From assembly GCF_009914755.1 (NCBI RefSeq), contig NC_060939.1: 64,000 nt of DNA, one strand, 5' to 3'. How positions within the stretch are numbered: the first letter of the stretch is position 1; every line of letters begins with the position of its first letter. The position numbers and the translations under genes were made by a program. Source of the stretch: the human T2T-CHM13v2.0 reference genome, Homo sapiens. A model generated the notes under the pieces. It did no database searches. It was not told the origin of the DNA and saw nothing but the letters and a program-made list of their open reading frames with translations. Shown piece by piece: positions 13,246 to 32,063 of the stretch.

Positions 13246-15849
13246 ATAATTATAATAATACATGTAATATTTAGCATTTTACCTGGCATATCAGTACTTG
13301 ATATATTGTAGTCATTATAAAGGTCAAATTTCTCTCTAGGACTGGGTTAGAAAATATGAGGAAAATAGATAAGTTCATAGAACTAATTAGAAAAGAGAGA
13401 AAGTTAAACTCTCCTATGACTTGATAAAATGTCTGTAGAAAAAGACAATTTCAGCAGGGTTGCATCAGATAAATTGAACCCATCCCCTGCCACATTTGTT
13501 CCTGGGCCTTTATATCCTCAGCATGACATTGAACTGATAGGACCAGAAGGTACTGGGAGAAATGTAAAGATGGGATGTGACTGAATTTGGGGTGGGTGCT
13601 TTGCTTCGTAGGAATTCTTTGGTTTTTGGAGAAGAAGGCCAAACTGTGATTTTGTCATGAAGCTGTCATGAAACTGGCATTTTATGATCATTTTTAAACT
13701 TCCATTATAGTTTTAAATAAGTTCCTGGCAGTCTTCAACTTTTACAAAGTCTTCCTGGAAACAGGGTCAGAAAACAAAAAGGGTGAAGCCAAATCCCTTT
13801 CCCCTGACATTTGCTGTGCTAGAAAGACAGACCGGGGTCCCTCTCAAAGCTGGCTGCCCCTCACTTCCCAGTTCCCCTGGTTCCTGTGTGCCATTCAGAC
13901 ACCCCACTGCAGTGCTTTCAGCCCACAGGATAGAAAGGAAAAGCTCATGGCTATTGTTATAAAACACAGTTATAAGATCAATGGAATGGTTTTGAATGCA
14001 TTTGCTTGCTAATGGGAATTTTTACAAGAGGGAAATAAAAGAGAAATTAGTTCAAATTTCCCTAGACAGATGTCTTAAAGAAATCTGAGCCTTCCAAAAT
14101 GCTACCAAAAAGCTTTTCTAAATTCTGCAAACGAAGCAAAATTGTTGTTAGTTAAATGCGTAATGTTTATTATCACCAGCATATTAGTTTTAGAGAAAAT
14201 TTACACCACAGTGGAGTTGTATTTTCATGTACTACGAGTACATTTTGTCAATCATTAGGGTCCCTGCTAAAATCAAAGTAACAATATAGTAAGCCCATTT
14301 TAAAGAAGCTAGAAAACAGTTTTACTATTTTTTTATTGGTTTGGAAACTTGTGCTGTTGTGTTTTTTCTTTAATGACATCATTAAGTATCCGGCCAAATA
14401 TCCCTGTCCAAGGAATTCAGTCTTTAATTATTACATTTTTCCATGGGAATAAACACTGTCACTGAGTGTTACAACTTAGTTTCTAAAAGTACATGGTGGC
14501 CAGAAGCCTGCTAGCCTCAGAGGTATTTCCACAAGTTTAGCAGTGTCAAAACTAACTGAGTTACATCAGCTATTTGTTGAAAGAGTCCCACCAAAATCTG
14601 ATAAAAGGCCCATAAAGGAATCAGAATGTTTGCTTATTTGTCTGTTTAAAGTAGTGTCAGAGTAATAGATCAATACAACATAGGGGCTGCTTATATTGTT
14701 CAGAGGAATAGTATATTAAAAAATGCTATTCTTGATCAAAGTAGACCCCCAACATGATAACACATAAGAGAATCTGGAATTCTAAAACTACAAGAAACGG
14801 GGAGAGATAGGAAGTAAGCACAAAATAAGGAGAAACCTTCAATAATCAGCTTTAGTTTAGCTGATCATTGAACGACAATATTTACTATAGTGTTTTCTGT
14901 CTTTGCTAGTTTAACCACATGTTCTGTTTTTCAATTCAAGATCAGGGCATTTTTATATTCACTTTGGGGAAATCATATGTCAAGAAACATTTACTTGTAT
15001 ATCCCCAAACATTCAGATTTCATGGTAAAAATTAATGTACATGACATACATTTAGACAACAGCTACTGGTTGCCCCCTCCAAAAAAAGTCAAGGTGCCAC
15101 AAAGACTGAGCTCTTGATGTGAGGAAAACAGTCATTATAAGCAGTCCTGTGGTCCCTGAGAAAAAGGATTCCTTCACTCTCTGAAGAGGAATTTATTTAT
15201 ACAGCATGAACAACTATCTGCTGAATTTTAATTCTGTCCTTTCTCAGAAATAAGTTTGGGCTCTGCTTTTAAAAACAAGCCCAGGAAATAACAGTTTGCA
15301 GGGGCCTGAAATCAGAAGCCTGCAGACTGCTGGCAGGAAAGTTCAATATTCATATTCATTTTCATTCTACAATCGACCTCATGTACCAGAAGGCTTTTCC
15401 TCAACTTGAAATCTCAGTGTTCCCTCAAACAAGTCGCAGCATGTGTTTGCCTCACACATGACACTAACTCTTACTTTTGGACTGAAACAAAAGCCAAAGG
15501 TGAATCCTGGTGACCGTCAAGACTCCAGGAATGACCCAGCATTGATTATGGGCTCCTTGGAGAAATTCAGACAAATATGAGAAAACAAATAGGGGTGGAG
15601 CCAGAATTTAGGTTGGTGGGGCACTGAGAAACTTTTTTTCTCATTTGCATATTTTCCATTATTGTTGTAACACATGCTTCATTCACAGGGTATGTGACAA
15701 TCCAGAAGGACACCACTCTCCAGGATGACCTGTGTCTGAGTGTAGAGTTTCAGAGACCAGGCCATTCACTTGGCACAGTTACCAAGAATGGTCTTTTGGA
15801 GTTTTTCAGAGTGGTTGGAGTTTCTCAGAGATACGTCCTCATTGTTTGA

Positions 15850-16810
15850 TTTTCTTACATAATATGTACTCCCTTGGTAATCACATCTGCATTTTTAATT
15901 ATTAACTATATTCAAATCCTCTGGCCCCTCCACTGAGCACCAATGATATATAGCCAACTCTTGTGGACATCCCCACTGCTGGTCCTACAGCCCATCACAT
16001 TCAGCAATGCTTGCATCATCCCCCCCTCTTTCCCAAACCACTCTCCTTCCTGTCTGCTGCCTAAGCAAATACCACTTCCATCCAGCAAAGCTCCTCAGCC
16101 AGACACCTGACTTTCTCTCCCTCACAACCACCCATGACCAAGCCTGTCAATTTCACCTCCTATTAATAATTTCCCCTGAACCAGTCCACTCCCCTCCATC
16201 TCTATCACCACCATCCTGGGGGAGGAGACCACTACCATCTCAAACCTATGTTACACACAGTCTTCCTAACTGAAATGCTGAGCCTCTTCTAAAGCACTAG
16301 AACTTTCAAAGGCTCAGTCCTACCTTTCTCACCCTCCTGCTCAAAACCTACTCCCACTGCCATTTGTCTAAACAAAACTCTTTTATGTGGCATGAAAGGC
16401 ATTTCTTGATCTATCTCCTTTATCTTGAAAATCTCATCCCTTGCACTCCATAATCTAGTCATGCTACAACCTAGTCACAGTATTTCGATTACCTGTTTTG
16501 TTTTAATTTTGTTTTTTGTGGTTTTTTTTTTTCAGAGACAGTGTCTTGCTATGTTACCCAGGCTGGAGTGCAGTGACTGTTCTCAATCCTGATCATAGTG
16601 CACCATGGCCTCAAATTCCTGGGCTAAAGCCATCCTCCCACCTCAGCTCCAAGGACTACAGGCTCACACCACAACACCTGGCACTCTGTTTACTTCTCTT
16701 TTTCCCCTACCAGGTTATAAACTCCTCCAAGGCAAGGATTTAGTCCTGCTCACAGTTGTAACATAACACCTAGATCAGTGCCTGCACATAGCAGATGTTC
16801 AATCATTAAA
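15850..16810 (+). mobile_element. Degraded L2 fragments with a nested partial Alu (~16515-16680, minus)
   Basis: L2-like phrases (cagtgcctgcacatagcagatgttcaat); Alu monomer gagacagtgtcttgctatgttacccaggctggagtgcagtg. Confidence 0.55.
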
Positions 16811-17419
16811 CTAAAATTTATTTCTCCCATAATTTTTTCTTAAGTTTTGGTGGTTCCAATTGAAAAAAAGACAACATGAATGAGCATTAACAAATAAATA
16901 AAAAGCTCAGATGCATGAGACCTGCCTGCATCCTTATAATAAAAGCTGTATTTTCTCCAAGTAATTTTTTCCTGTTTTATGTGAGGAATTAAATATATCA
17001 ATATGTCATAGTGTTAGAAAAGGAGAACTTTGGCCTTCAGGTAATACAACACCTAAAAAAGTTTTATGTCATTTGTATTAGAAAATGTCACGTTCCTAGG
17101 CTGCTTAGATACTCAGGATTCATTAGCTATTTCTCATTGGAAGTGCCAGAAAAGTGCCAGAAATACAACTCAATCAACTTAGACACTCCACCCTCACAAA
17201 AACTGATAATCGGTTCATGTAATCCAAGAAAAGATTGAATAACCAATACACAGAAAGGACAGTCATGCATTTAGGTCTCAGAAAGGACTCAAAACCAAGA
17301 TTCAAAAGCTATCAGACTCACTGTGACGCTTCTCTCAAAAAAAAAAAAAAAAAAAAAACCTGCATACTCTCACTAGTTCTCTCCACTCCATATGATGAGA
17401 AAAAAAAAAAACACAACAC

Positions 17420-17895
17420 AGTATTATTTTCTAGGGCTGCTATAATAACACACTAAAAATGAGTTGTCTTAAAACAACAGAAATCTATTGTCTTACAATT
17501 CTGGAGGTTAGAAGTCCAAGCTCAAGGAGTTGGCAGGGCACGCCCACTCAGAGGACTCGGGGAGAATCCTTTCTGGCCTCTCCCAGCTTCCCATGTTTGC
17601 GGGCAATCCTTGACAGCCAGTGGCTTTTAGATGCGTCACTCCAGTCACATAACCATCTCCTCCCTGTGTCTCTTCGCATGGTCTTCCTTCTGTGTGTGTC
17701 TGTCTCTGAGTCTAAATTTCCCTTTTTTATTATGTAAGGACACCAGTCCTATTGATTAGGGCCTACTCTAATGACCTCATTGTAACTTGATTACAGGTAT
17801 AAACACCCTATTTCCAAATAAGGTCACATTCTGAGGTACTGGGGGCTAGGACTTCAACAACATACCTTTTTTCAGGAGACATAATTCAACTACAA
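17420..17895 (-). mobile_element. MaLR solo LTR (MLT1B/C-like)
   Basis: agggctgctataataa...cttaaaacaacagaaat...ccctatttccaaataaggtcacattctgaggtactgggg. Confidence 0.8.
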
Positions 17896-18559
17896 CAACG
17901 AATAATAACAGTTTCCAATATTTGCATCTAAAGTCTCCCCTACCAGAGGAAAAGTCTAGAAGTCCTTGACCTGGTTTATGTGGTGTCCCCAACCCCTGGG
18001 CCAAACAACAGAGATGGGGGCAGCAGAGTTCTATAAGAACATGATTGTTTCTGTGGTAGTCATATAGATGGGGAAAGTGGTACTATGGAACAGCTATGCT
18101 CACATCTGCTTCCCTTCTAGTGACAAGGAGATGGGTTAATGTTAGAGGGTAAAAAAAAGATACAGACACTCAGCAGAGTGACAGGTAAACATTCACAAGG
18201 AGAGGAGTGTTAGGAAATAGATCAGGAAAGGAGTGTGTGCCATGACATATCAAATGTCTTCTTTAATACTGTAAGTGGGAAACAAAGCAAAGCGTTTGTT
18301 CAATTTACTGCTGCCACAAATGAGAGATGCATTATTTTTCTTTTTCAGGGGTTATGGTCAACCCAATTTTCTCCCTACATACAGCATTCCATTACATATA
18401 TTTTGCTCCTAACTTATTTTATATTCTGGAGGTGAAAGCATATAAGAACAAATCAGTAAAAACTGTGGTGATATTTTGGCACCAGAAATTAAGTTCCTTT
18501 TTAACATTATGAACTATGGCTAAACCAGGACAAAGGTGACTCAAAATTTCCTTAACTTA

Positions 18560-18714
18560 AGCTGGGTATGGTAGCAACGGCCTGTATTCTCAGCTACTCA
18601 GGAGGCTGGGGCAAGAGGAGAGGATGGCTTGAAGCCAGGAGTTCTAGGCCAGAGTGCACTGTGATCACACCTGTGAAGAGCCACTGTGCTCCTAGGCAAC
18701 AAAGCAAGGCCCTG

Positions 18715-18751
<37 letters not shown>

Positions 18752-19721
18752 AAAAAAATTTCCTTTACTTAAAGGTTTGCATGACTATTTAGACATACAT
18801 TGAAGCCAAGTGTGGTGGCTCACATCTGTAATCCCAGCATTTTGGGAGGTGGGGCAGTGAGGATTGCTTGAGGCCAAAAGTTCATGACCAGCCTGGGCAA
18901 CATAGCAAAATCCTGTCTCTACAAAAATTTTTAAAATTAGCTGGGCCTGGTGGCATGTGCCTGTAGTCCTAGCTGCTTGGGAGGTTAAGGCAGCAGGATC
19001 GCTTGAGCCCAGGAGTTTGAGGCTGCAGTGAGCTATGATTATGCAGCCTGAGTGACAGAGCAAGACCTTGTCTTTAGAAAATATAAAAGTAAAAATAAAA
19101 TTAAAATAAAAACATACATTGCAATTGTTCTAATTGTCAAATTTATTTGCTCCAAAATAAAACTGGGCAGGTCTATTTTGGATACCATTTAAACTCCACC
19201 ATTAAAGCAACTATTTTAAAGTATTTTTTAATTATAGAAAAATAATATTTGTTAATTTATAGACATTTTGGAAAAATCTATGAAAGACTGTTTAAAAAAT
19301 AAAAGTCACCTATAATCCCATCACTAATTACCGTTAACATTTCAATATCTTTACTTAGTTGTTTTCTCTATTTACATAAGTACATTTTTAAAAACTTTAC
19401 AGAGTTAGATTTATATTATACAGTTTTTGTTTTTTGTTTTTTTGAGACAGGGTCTCACTCTGTCACCCAGGCTGGAGTGCAGTGGCATGAACATGGCTCT
19501 CACTGCACCTCTGCCTCCTGGGCTCAAGGGATCCTTCCACCTCAGCCTCTAGAGTAACTGGGACCACAGGCATGAGCCATCACACCCGGCTAATTTTTGT
19601 ATTATTTTGGTAAGGTTCTGCCATGTTGCCCAGGCTGGTCTCCAACTTTTGGGCTCAAGTAATCCTCCTGCCTAGCCTCCCAAATTGCTGGGATTACAGG
19701 CATGAGCCGCTGCACCCAGCC
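18560..19721. mobile_element. Old Alu cluster: monomer 18560-18750 (+), AluJ 18805-19110 (+), AluJ 19430-19721 (-)
   Basis: Alu consensus motifs and A/T tails. Confidence 0.88.
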
Positions 19722-20198
19722 AGATACATATTAAACAGTCTTATGTCCTCATTTTTTCATTTTATATTTTGGAAATACCATGTTTAATCACAGCATAATA
19801 TTCTATGGTATGCCATAATTCATATAAACACTATTTTATTGTTGGACATGTAGGTTGCTTATTTTTTTATTATAAGGATGTTCCAAATATATATATATGC
19901 ACAGTTTTATTGTAAGCATAGCTAATCACCCCTAAAAGAGATGCAAAGCTTTCTGCCATCACTAAGCAAATTTCAATTTATTCTATACAATCTGCCTCTA
20001 AAATGAGATAAAATATCAATCATCACAAGAAATATACCAAAATGCATACATACAATTAACAAAGATATCTAATTCCTAATTACAAATTGTCTCATATATT
20101 GAAAAGCACAGTGTTCAAGTTCCTTGAGGGCAGGCACAGTGGCTCACACCTAGAATGCCAGAACTGTGGGAGACCAACGTGGGAGGATCGCTTGAGGC

Positions 20199-20731
20199 TG
20201 TTACAGTAAGTAGCTAGTCAGACATAGGTGGAGCAGGGCAGGGCAGGAGAGGGGAGGAGTGGGCAGGAGAGGGAAGGAATGGGCAGGAGAGGGTTCCCCC
20301 ATCCCCAGCCCAGGAGTCTTGGGCAGGCGAGGGGGTTGTTAACTGTCTCTCTAAAGTAATAATTGGTCCCAGCCGGTGCTAGGGAAAGGCAGGCTCACAA
20401 TAAATAGAAAACACCTGAAACTGATCAACTTCTGGATAAGCTTTCAGGAGTGGGGAGAAGTAACCCAAGATCCTGGAAGTATGCCGATGTATAAAACCCC
20501 AAATCAAAAGGTCAAACCACACATTTGTCTTTCAGGTCACCCACTTGGGCCTCTTCCAAGTATATTTTCCTCCCTTTCATTCCTGCTCTAAAGTTTTTTA
20601 ATAAACTTTCACTTCTGCTCTAAAACTTGCCTCAGTATCTCCTTCTGCCTTCTGCCCCTCAGTCGAATTCTTTCTTCTGAGGAAACGAGAATTGAGGTTG
20701 CTGCAGACCTGTGGGATTTGCCGCAGTAACA
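20199..20731 (+). mobile_element. ERV1 solo LTR (MER50-like) nested in an Alu monomer (20128-20790)
   Basis: TG...CA termini (tgttacagtaagtagctag...gcagtaaca), internal TATA (gtataaaa) and AATAAA, 4-bp TSD aggc/aagc. Alu sequence resumes on the far side. Confidence 0.85.
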
Positions 20732-21049
20732 AAGCCAGGAGTTTGAGACTAGCCCAGAAAACGTGGTGAGATCTTGCCTCTAAAGAAAAGGGGGGAAAAA
20801 AGTTTCTTGACTCTCTTCAGATCTTTTGGAAATCTTATCCCTTGCTAATAAATATTTGTAGAGTCAGAAAGAGGAGATGGCATTAATTTCTGCATTGATG
20901 TTTATATTTTGGTGCTATATGGCCGGGTCAAAGGGCTACATATTCCACCTCTGCTCCAGAGCTGCTTATCCAAGTTCTCTGGGATGTAGCTGGTATACCT
21001 AGGAATTATGTCCCTAGAAAGACGCAACCCTGCAGCAGCTAGAATTAGT

Positions 21050-21365
21050 GCAATTTAGTGAGAAGAGCACAGGACTTTCTCTACACCTGGGTTCAAATTT
21101 CAATGCCAGCACTTCTGGGAGCAAGTCTTTGGGCAACTCAGTGTTTGTGAGTCAATCTACTATTTCTAAAGTAGGGAAGGACACAGGTGAACATTCATTG
21201 AATACAGAGGCTTTACACAAGTGATCTCGTTTAACTCTCACTAAAAAATGACTGATCCTTTTAAAAATAAGACAACAGGCTCAGACTGGGTAAGTAATTA
21301 CTCAGACTGATAAGGAGGCAAGGCAGGATTTAATTCCAGATCTGTCTAGCCCTAAAGCTCACATT
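21050..21365. mobile_element. Two MIR fragments (opposite orientations)
   Basis: acctgggttcaaat... (+) and ...aggctcagactgggtaagtaattactc...ggatttaattccagatctgtct (-). Confidence 0.55.
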
Positions 21366-21811
21366 CCCTGCCCCACTTGACATGTTGCTTCCTGGACTCA
21401 CTTGGATTGTGGAGAAATTAGTTGGATTTGAATGTCTCCTCTAGCGTAGTCAGCATAGTTTTCATTCCTGTAGCAGTTTTTGTATTATAGTTTGTTGGGA
21501 TAGAGGGTTGGGACCAGGGCCAGGAATAGGTTAAGGCAAGCGAAACACTAACCTCAGGCAGAAAATATAAGGGGCGGGGCACAAAAAACTCAGTCGTCAA
21601 GATAAATAATATTTTAATATAATATTTTTTTAAATCTAAATTAATGCAAAAATCCATAAAGAACAAAATAACATTTTAAATGAAAACAAGAACTGATAGT
21701 TCCATGTTAAGCCATATTGGAGCCTACAACAGAAAAACATACAACCCTATTCACATGTTTTTAATGTATTTTTGATGTTTAATTATGATAAATGCTATGT
21801 AATAATACCTT

Positions 21812-22105
21812 GGCCAGGCACAGTGGCTCACGCCTGTAATCCCAGCACTTTGGGAGGCCGAGGCAGGTGGATCATGAGGTCAGGAGATCGAGAACATTCT
21901 GGCTAACACGGTGAAACCCGTCTCTACTAAAAATACCAAAAAAATTAGCCGGGCGCAGTGGCAGGCGCCTGTAGTCCCAGCTACTCAGGAGGCTGAGGCA
22001 GGAAAATGGCGTGAACCTGGGAGGCGGAGCTTGCAAGTTTGTGCCACTGCACTCCAGCCTGGGCGACAGAGTGAGACTCCATCTCAAAAAAAATAAAATA
22101 AAAAT
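21812..22105 (+). mobile_element. AluY-like
   Basis: Diagnostic ggctaacacggtg and atggcgtgaacc...gagcttgca; TSD aataatacctt. Confidence 0.93.
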
Positions 22106-22297
22106 AATACCTTAAGCAGATATGAATTTTTTTCAGAGCACTAGTTTTAAAATATTGAAACAATTGAAAAGTAGATATCTACTTTTCAATTAAATAAAAC
22201 TCACATTTTAAGTATTTGATCAGAATTTATTATAAATTTATTTTGCTGGTTTTAATGGAAGCAAATTCATAGGTGGTATTTTTATCTAAGTCAATAG

Positions 22298-27430
<5,133 letters not shown>

Positions 27431-28340
27431 AGGATGTGCATGATATATTTAATCATGAGAACATTACTGAAATCCTTTAAAAATGCATATATTTACACAT
27501 ATGTGCTTAGAGAAAAAAGGATACACACCAAAGTGTTACAAGTCATTGTAACATTGCATTTGTGTAACAACATTTTCTTTGGCTTGTCTGTAATTTCTAA
27601 ATTGTCTGTGTATATATTACTTTTGCAATAAAAACAATGTCTTATCAAAATAAATACATTTAACTTTTATTGACAATATTTTCTCTGGGGCTGTCATATT
27701 TTTTTCTAAGGCCTCAATAAACTAAACAACTAGACAGAACAGAAGGTAAAAAAGTGAAGCTCATTTTCTTTATTAGTTGTTTATGACCATCATCATCTCT
27801 ACTCATCACCTTCAAGCACCAAGCTGGTTCTTCCCCACCATCCCTGCCTCATGAATGGCATCACCTCACTGGCTGCCCAAGTGAGAATCTGTTACCTTTA
27901 CTCATCCCCAATCCAGGGGCCCACCTCTGTCTAATGTTTCTCCATAATAGCTCCCAAACTCTAACACCCTCCTTATCATTTCTACCATCTTGTTGCTCTA
28001 TGACTGCAGCAAGCCCTGTAACTGGCCTCTCTGCCTCCAGGCTTCTCCCGACCTAGACTTGCTTACATTGCTGTACAAGTGAGGTTTTTGACATTCTCAG
28101 TCTTGTCACTCACTGCTTAAACTCCTCAAGAGTTTTTACTCCCTTCAGGCCAAGGGCTATATGAAGCCCTTCAGATGTGGCCATTGCTTGCATCTCCAGC
28201 CCCATCTCTCAGCAGTGCTCTTAACACTCCCAACCATCATGAGCTAATTACTATCCTTCCAACACGCCATGCTCTTTCACACCCCTCTTGCTTTGAACAC
28301 ACTGACTCTTCTGCCTGAAATACCTTTCCCAGTTCCCTTC

Positions 28341-28717
28341 TGATATGGTTTGGCTGTGTCCCCACCCAAATCTCATCTTGAATTGTAGTTCCCATAATCC
28401 CCACATGTTGTGGGAGGGACCTGGTAGGAGGTAATTGAGTCATGGGGGTGATTACCCTCATGCTGCCATTCTCATGGTAGTGAATGTGAGTTCTCACAAG
28501 ATCTTATGGTTTTATAAGGGGCTTCTCTCCCTTTTGCTCAGCACTTCTCCTTGCTGCTGCCATGTGAAGGACAGGTTTTCTTCCCCTTCCACCATGATTG
28601 TAAGTTTCCTGAAGCCTCCTCAGCCATGCTGAACTGTGAGTCAATTAACTTCTTTCCTTTATAAATTACCCAGTCTCGGGTATGTCTTTATTAGCAGTGT
28701 GAGAATGGACTAAAACA
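28341..28717 (+). mobile_element. MaLR solo LTR (THE1C/THE1D-like)
   Basis: tgatatggtttggctgtgtccccacccaaatctcatcttgaattgtagttccc...ataaattacccagtctcgggtatgtctttattagcagtgtgagaatggactaaaaca. Confidence 0.92.
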
Positions 28718-30249
28718 CCCCCTTCACTCACTTTTCAGTCTTCAAAGTGCACAGCCATCCTTTACTGCCCCGTGCAGCACCTTCAGGCCTTGAGCTCTAT
28801 GCAGGGAGGTAAGCCACAGAAGTCACAAGCACATCTTTTATACTAGTGCACACAGCTGAAAACTCACAGACTGGTACCAAACCAGCTTGGTTCTGTTCTG
28901 CTTCCACTGCCTGTCAAGACTGTGTGCTCTGGGCAAGGTACTTCAACCACTGGGTCTTGGCTTCCTCATCTGGAAAATGAAAATAAAACTGCAACTTTAT
29001 AAAGCTTTTCTGAAATCAAATGCAGCAATGTACATAAAAGGCAAATAAGCTCACTCTATGTTTTACCTAATTTTCTTTTTATCCTGTCTGTGTATTTCTT
29101 AAGCCAACCATCTTACTTCCTTTTTAGAATGCATCAGGATAGACACAAATAAATGGAAACACCATTACAAAGCCCCTGCTCACACTTCAGAATTCAGATT
29201 GCATTACCTCCTCCAGGAAGTCTTCCTTAATCACTCTCTGCTCGAGTCTCATTTAGATGATCTCCTGTGTGCTTGCATATCGTCTGTGCATACCTCTGTG
29301 TTGAGAGGAGTGGTAAGAGATGGGGCTGGAGACTCAAGAAAAGGCCACATCGGAAGGGCCTCGATCCTTTCCCCTGAAGGGAGTAAAGGCTCTCCAAAGA
29401 CTTTCAGCAGTGAGTGAAAAGACCAGCCGAGAATGTGAAAAACCTCATCTGGACACAAGGCAAAATAACTATTTTCTCCCTTGGTTACCTTTCCCATTCC
29501 CTTTCTTCAAGGGAAAGAACCATGTCTTATTTTACTTGGCATCAGCAGCTCTCAGAACAGTGGCTTGACCAATACCAAGCATTCAATAAATGTTTATTGA
29601 AGGAATGAATCAATGGCCACCCACAACCTATACCTCTTACAGCCCATTTAATGCCCTTTAGCCCCTTCCATAGGTATTTGCCTGGAATGTTTGTAAGATT
29701 TTTGAAAATCTCAGAAACAACACCAGCCCTCCACCCATGGGAAGATGTGTTTCAGGCTAACACCTGTGCTATTGTTGATGCCATTGCCCCAAAGAAGACC
29801 AACCTCTCCTTCTTGCCCATATAAGTTGGCTCTAATTTCAATGCTGCTGAAAACCTCTCCTCTTCCATAAATTATTTTTTCAGATTGCTCCAGCCCATTG
29901 TGATCTTTCATCCTTCAAACTCCTTTAACATCTAGGGCCTACACCATTAATCTGACAATCACCATATACTGCTTAATATTGTTGTAGTCTGCTATTTACC
30001 TTCAGTCTGCAATTTAACTTCCTTAAGTTTATTTCTTGTTCCCCATTGTAGAGAATATCTCCCTTAAATAGCTGCCAAGTCTTGCCAATCATGGCCTTTC
30101 CTGTAGTGTTTTGCATGTGTGTGCACACATGTGTTTTTAATTCACTTGAAGACAAAGAGACTCCCCTTAGGAAGCTTTATTTTCTGTTTGCCACTTCCCT
30201 AGGACCCAAGATACCCTGATCCCCCTCAATTCATTCTCTGCCTTTCCCT

Positions 30250-30657
30250 GCTCTTCTTCCCAAGGAAATGAACACCTTCCAACTTTATCACCAGGGCTCC
30301 TTTGCCTTCTGGCTTGCATTTGGGTTCAACCAATAGAAGGCACAGATAGGTAATAGATGGGTGGGAGGACAGTGGTAGGGAATGTCTTCCCTTGCTTGGC
30401 CCATTCTGTAGTGTTTGAGCCCTTCCAGGACTATGGCTTCTCTAGGGCAGCCCCTCTTCAAAAGCTGTGCCCCCCAGATAAGCTCCAATGGCATCATTTC
30501 TTCCCTTTACCTTTTCAGGCCTGGTGCCTCAACATCCTTTTTTGATGCTCTTAACTCTGCCCACACTTCTGTAAATAGTCCCTTTATTAAAGGGACTTTT
30601 ATCTCTTCAAAAATCCCCACAGAATATTCTGTTTCTTGCTGGGATCCTGACTAACAC
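30250..30657 (+). mobile_element. Ancient ERVL LTR (LTR33-like)
   Basis: gggttcaaccaatag...tgtaaatagtccctttattaaa...ctgtttcttgctgggatcctgactaacaca. Confidence 0.6.
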
Positions 30658-30687
30658 AGGAACTTTCCATTTAGTTGGGATAAGACT

Positions 30688-30818
30688 ATGGGAACCTTAT
30701 AATTTATCATCCAAACCAGGACACTTCTGAGAGTGAAAGGGGGCACTATTAATTAAACCATGGCAACGGGCGCAAATCAGAACTGTTCCAGGCTACCTGG
30801 AATGAATGAGCATCCTAG
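30688..30818. mobile_element. MER94-like hAT-Blackjack MITE
   Basis: ataatttatcatccaaaccaggacacttctgagagtgaaagggggcactattaat. Confidence 0.6.
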
Positions 30819-32063
30819 GTAAGTCAGTCACATAAAAAGATAATTGTTATAATGAAGAGATAAAAACATTTCTAAAAGAGATAATATTACAGCATAGATT
30901 AAGGTAAGTGCCAAGGGTGGAATAGACTTGCAGTGCTACAGCCATTCCAAGACAAGAGAGATTATTTCTCCTGGGGAAAGGCATTTGAGATCAGCGGGTT
31001 GCTCAGTTCTCCTCCAACTAAATGAAGTCACACAATCCATGTGTGCTTGGCCGATTTTGTAGATTTTCTCCAAGAAATTTCAGTCCCAGTTGGGTCCCCC
31101 CCTCCACCCCTCACACACCCAGTGTAACTGTTCCTATTTCTTTCTATTGTTTAGGCTCTGAGTTTTTAAGGAAAGCAAATTAATTTAAATCTTAGCCAAT
31201 TATTCCTTTTAAAAAATACCAAATGCATTCCTGATTCAATTATAAATCATTGTAAATATCTTATATTTTTGATTCTTTAAACCACGTTTTAGCTTCATTT
31301 TGCAAAGATATCTAAGAGGTGATTTATAAGCTTTGCTTGCAAATACAAACATTTCTGCTAGTAATCACATAAAGCCTAAGTAACCCTAGAAAGCTTCTCT
31401 ATGTATGCATGTATGTATGTTTACCTTGTCTCTTAAACAAAAGAGTTTGACAATTAACCAATACTCTAAAGCCTTGTCACCCTGAGCAAAGTGAACCCAG
31501 ACTCATTGCACCCCCACTCCTAGCTGATTCAAGGCTACTTGGCCAGGAAATGTTTCTAATGCTCACGTTGCTAGCAGAAGCAAGTTACTATGAGCCCCAG
31601 TGTGTGACTTCAGGCTTGCCAAATCACTGCTTTGTTCAGGCATTTCATACTCAAGAGAATAGTATATAAAAACACCCACATCCCTGCCCAGGAGCAGAGA
31701 GCACCATGTAGATTAGGGCAGCCAGAGTTCCTGCTCTACTTCCCAACCAGCTGGTGCTGGTTAGGATTAGACCAGTGGGAGTTGGGGTTGAAAAGGTCCC
31801 TCTTGAGAGAGTCAGAAAGGGTTCTACAAGAACAAGGCAAACAGGAAAAGAAAGCAGTAACTAGAGACAAAAAGCAATGGCAGATGTACAAATCACACAC
31901 AGGAAATAGCACAAATCAACACAGATAGTGTTAATAAATGCAGATAGTGTCAGATAGTGAACCAAGTAGGTCCATGCTATGCCCAACATCAAAGAAAACA
32001 GTTAAGTATGCCCCACCATGTAGCTGAAAGGCAGATAGCTAGAAGGCTTTTGCTATTGACACT

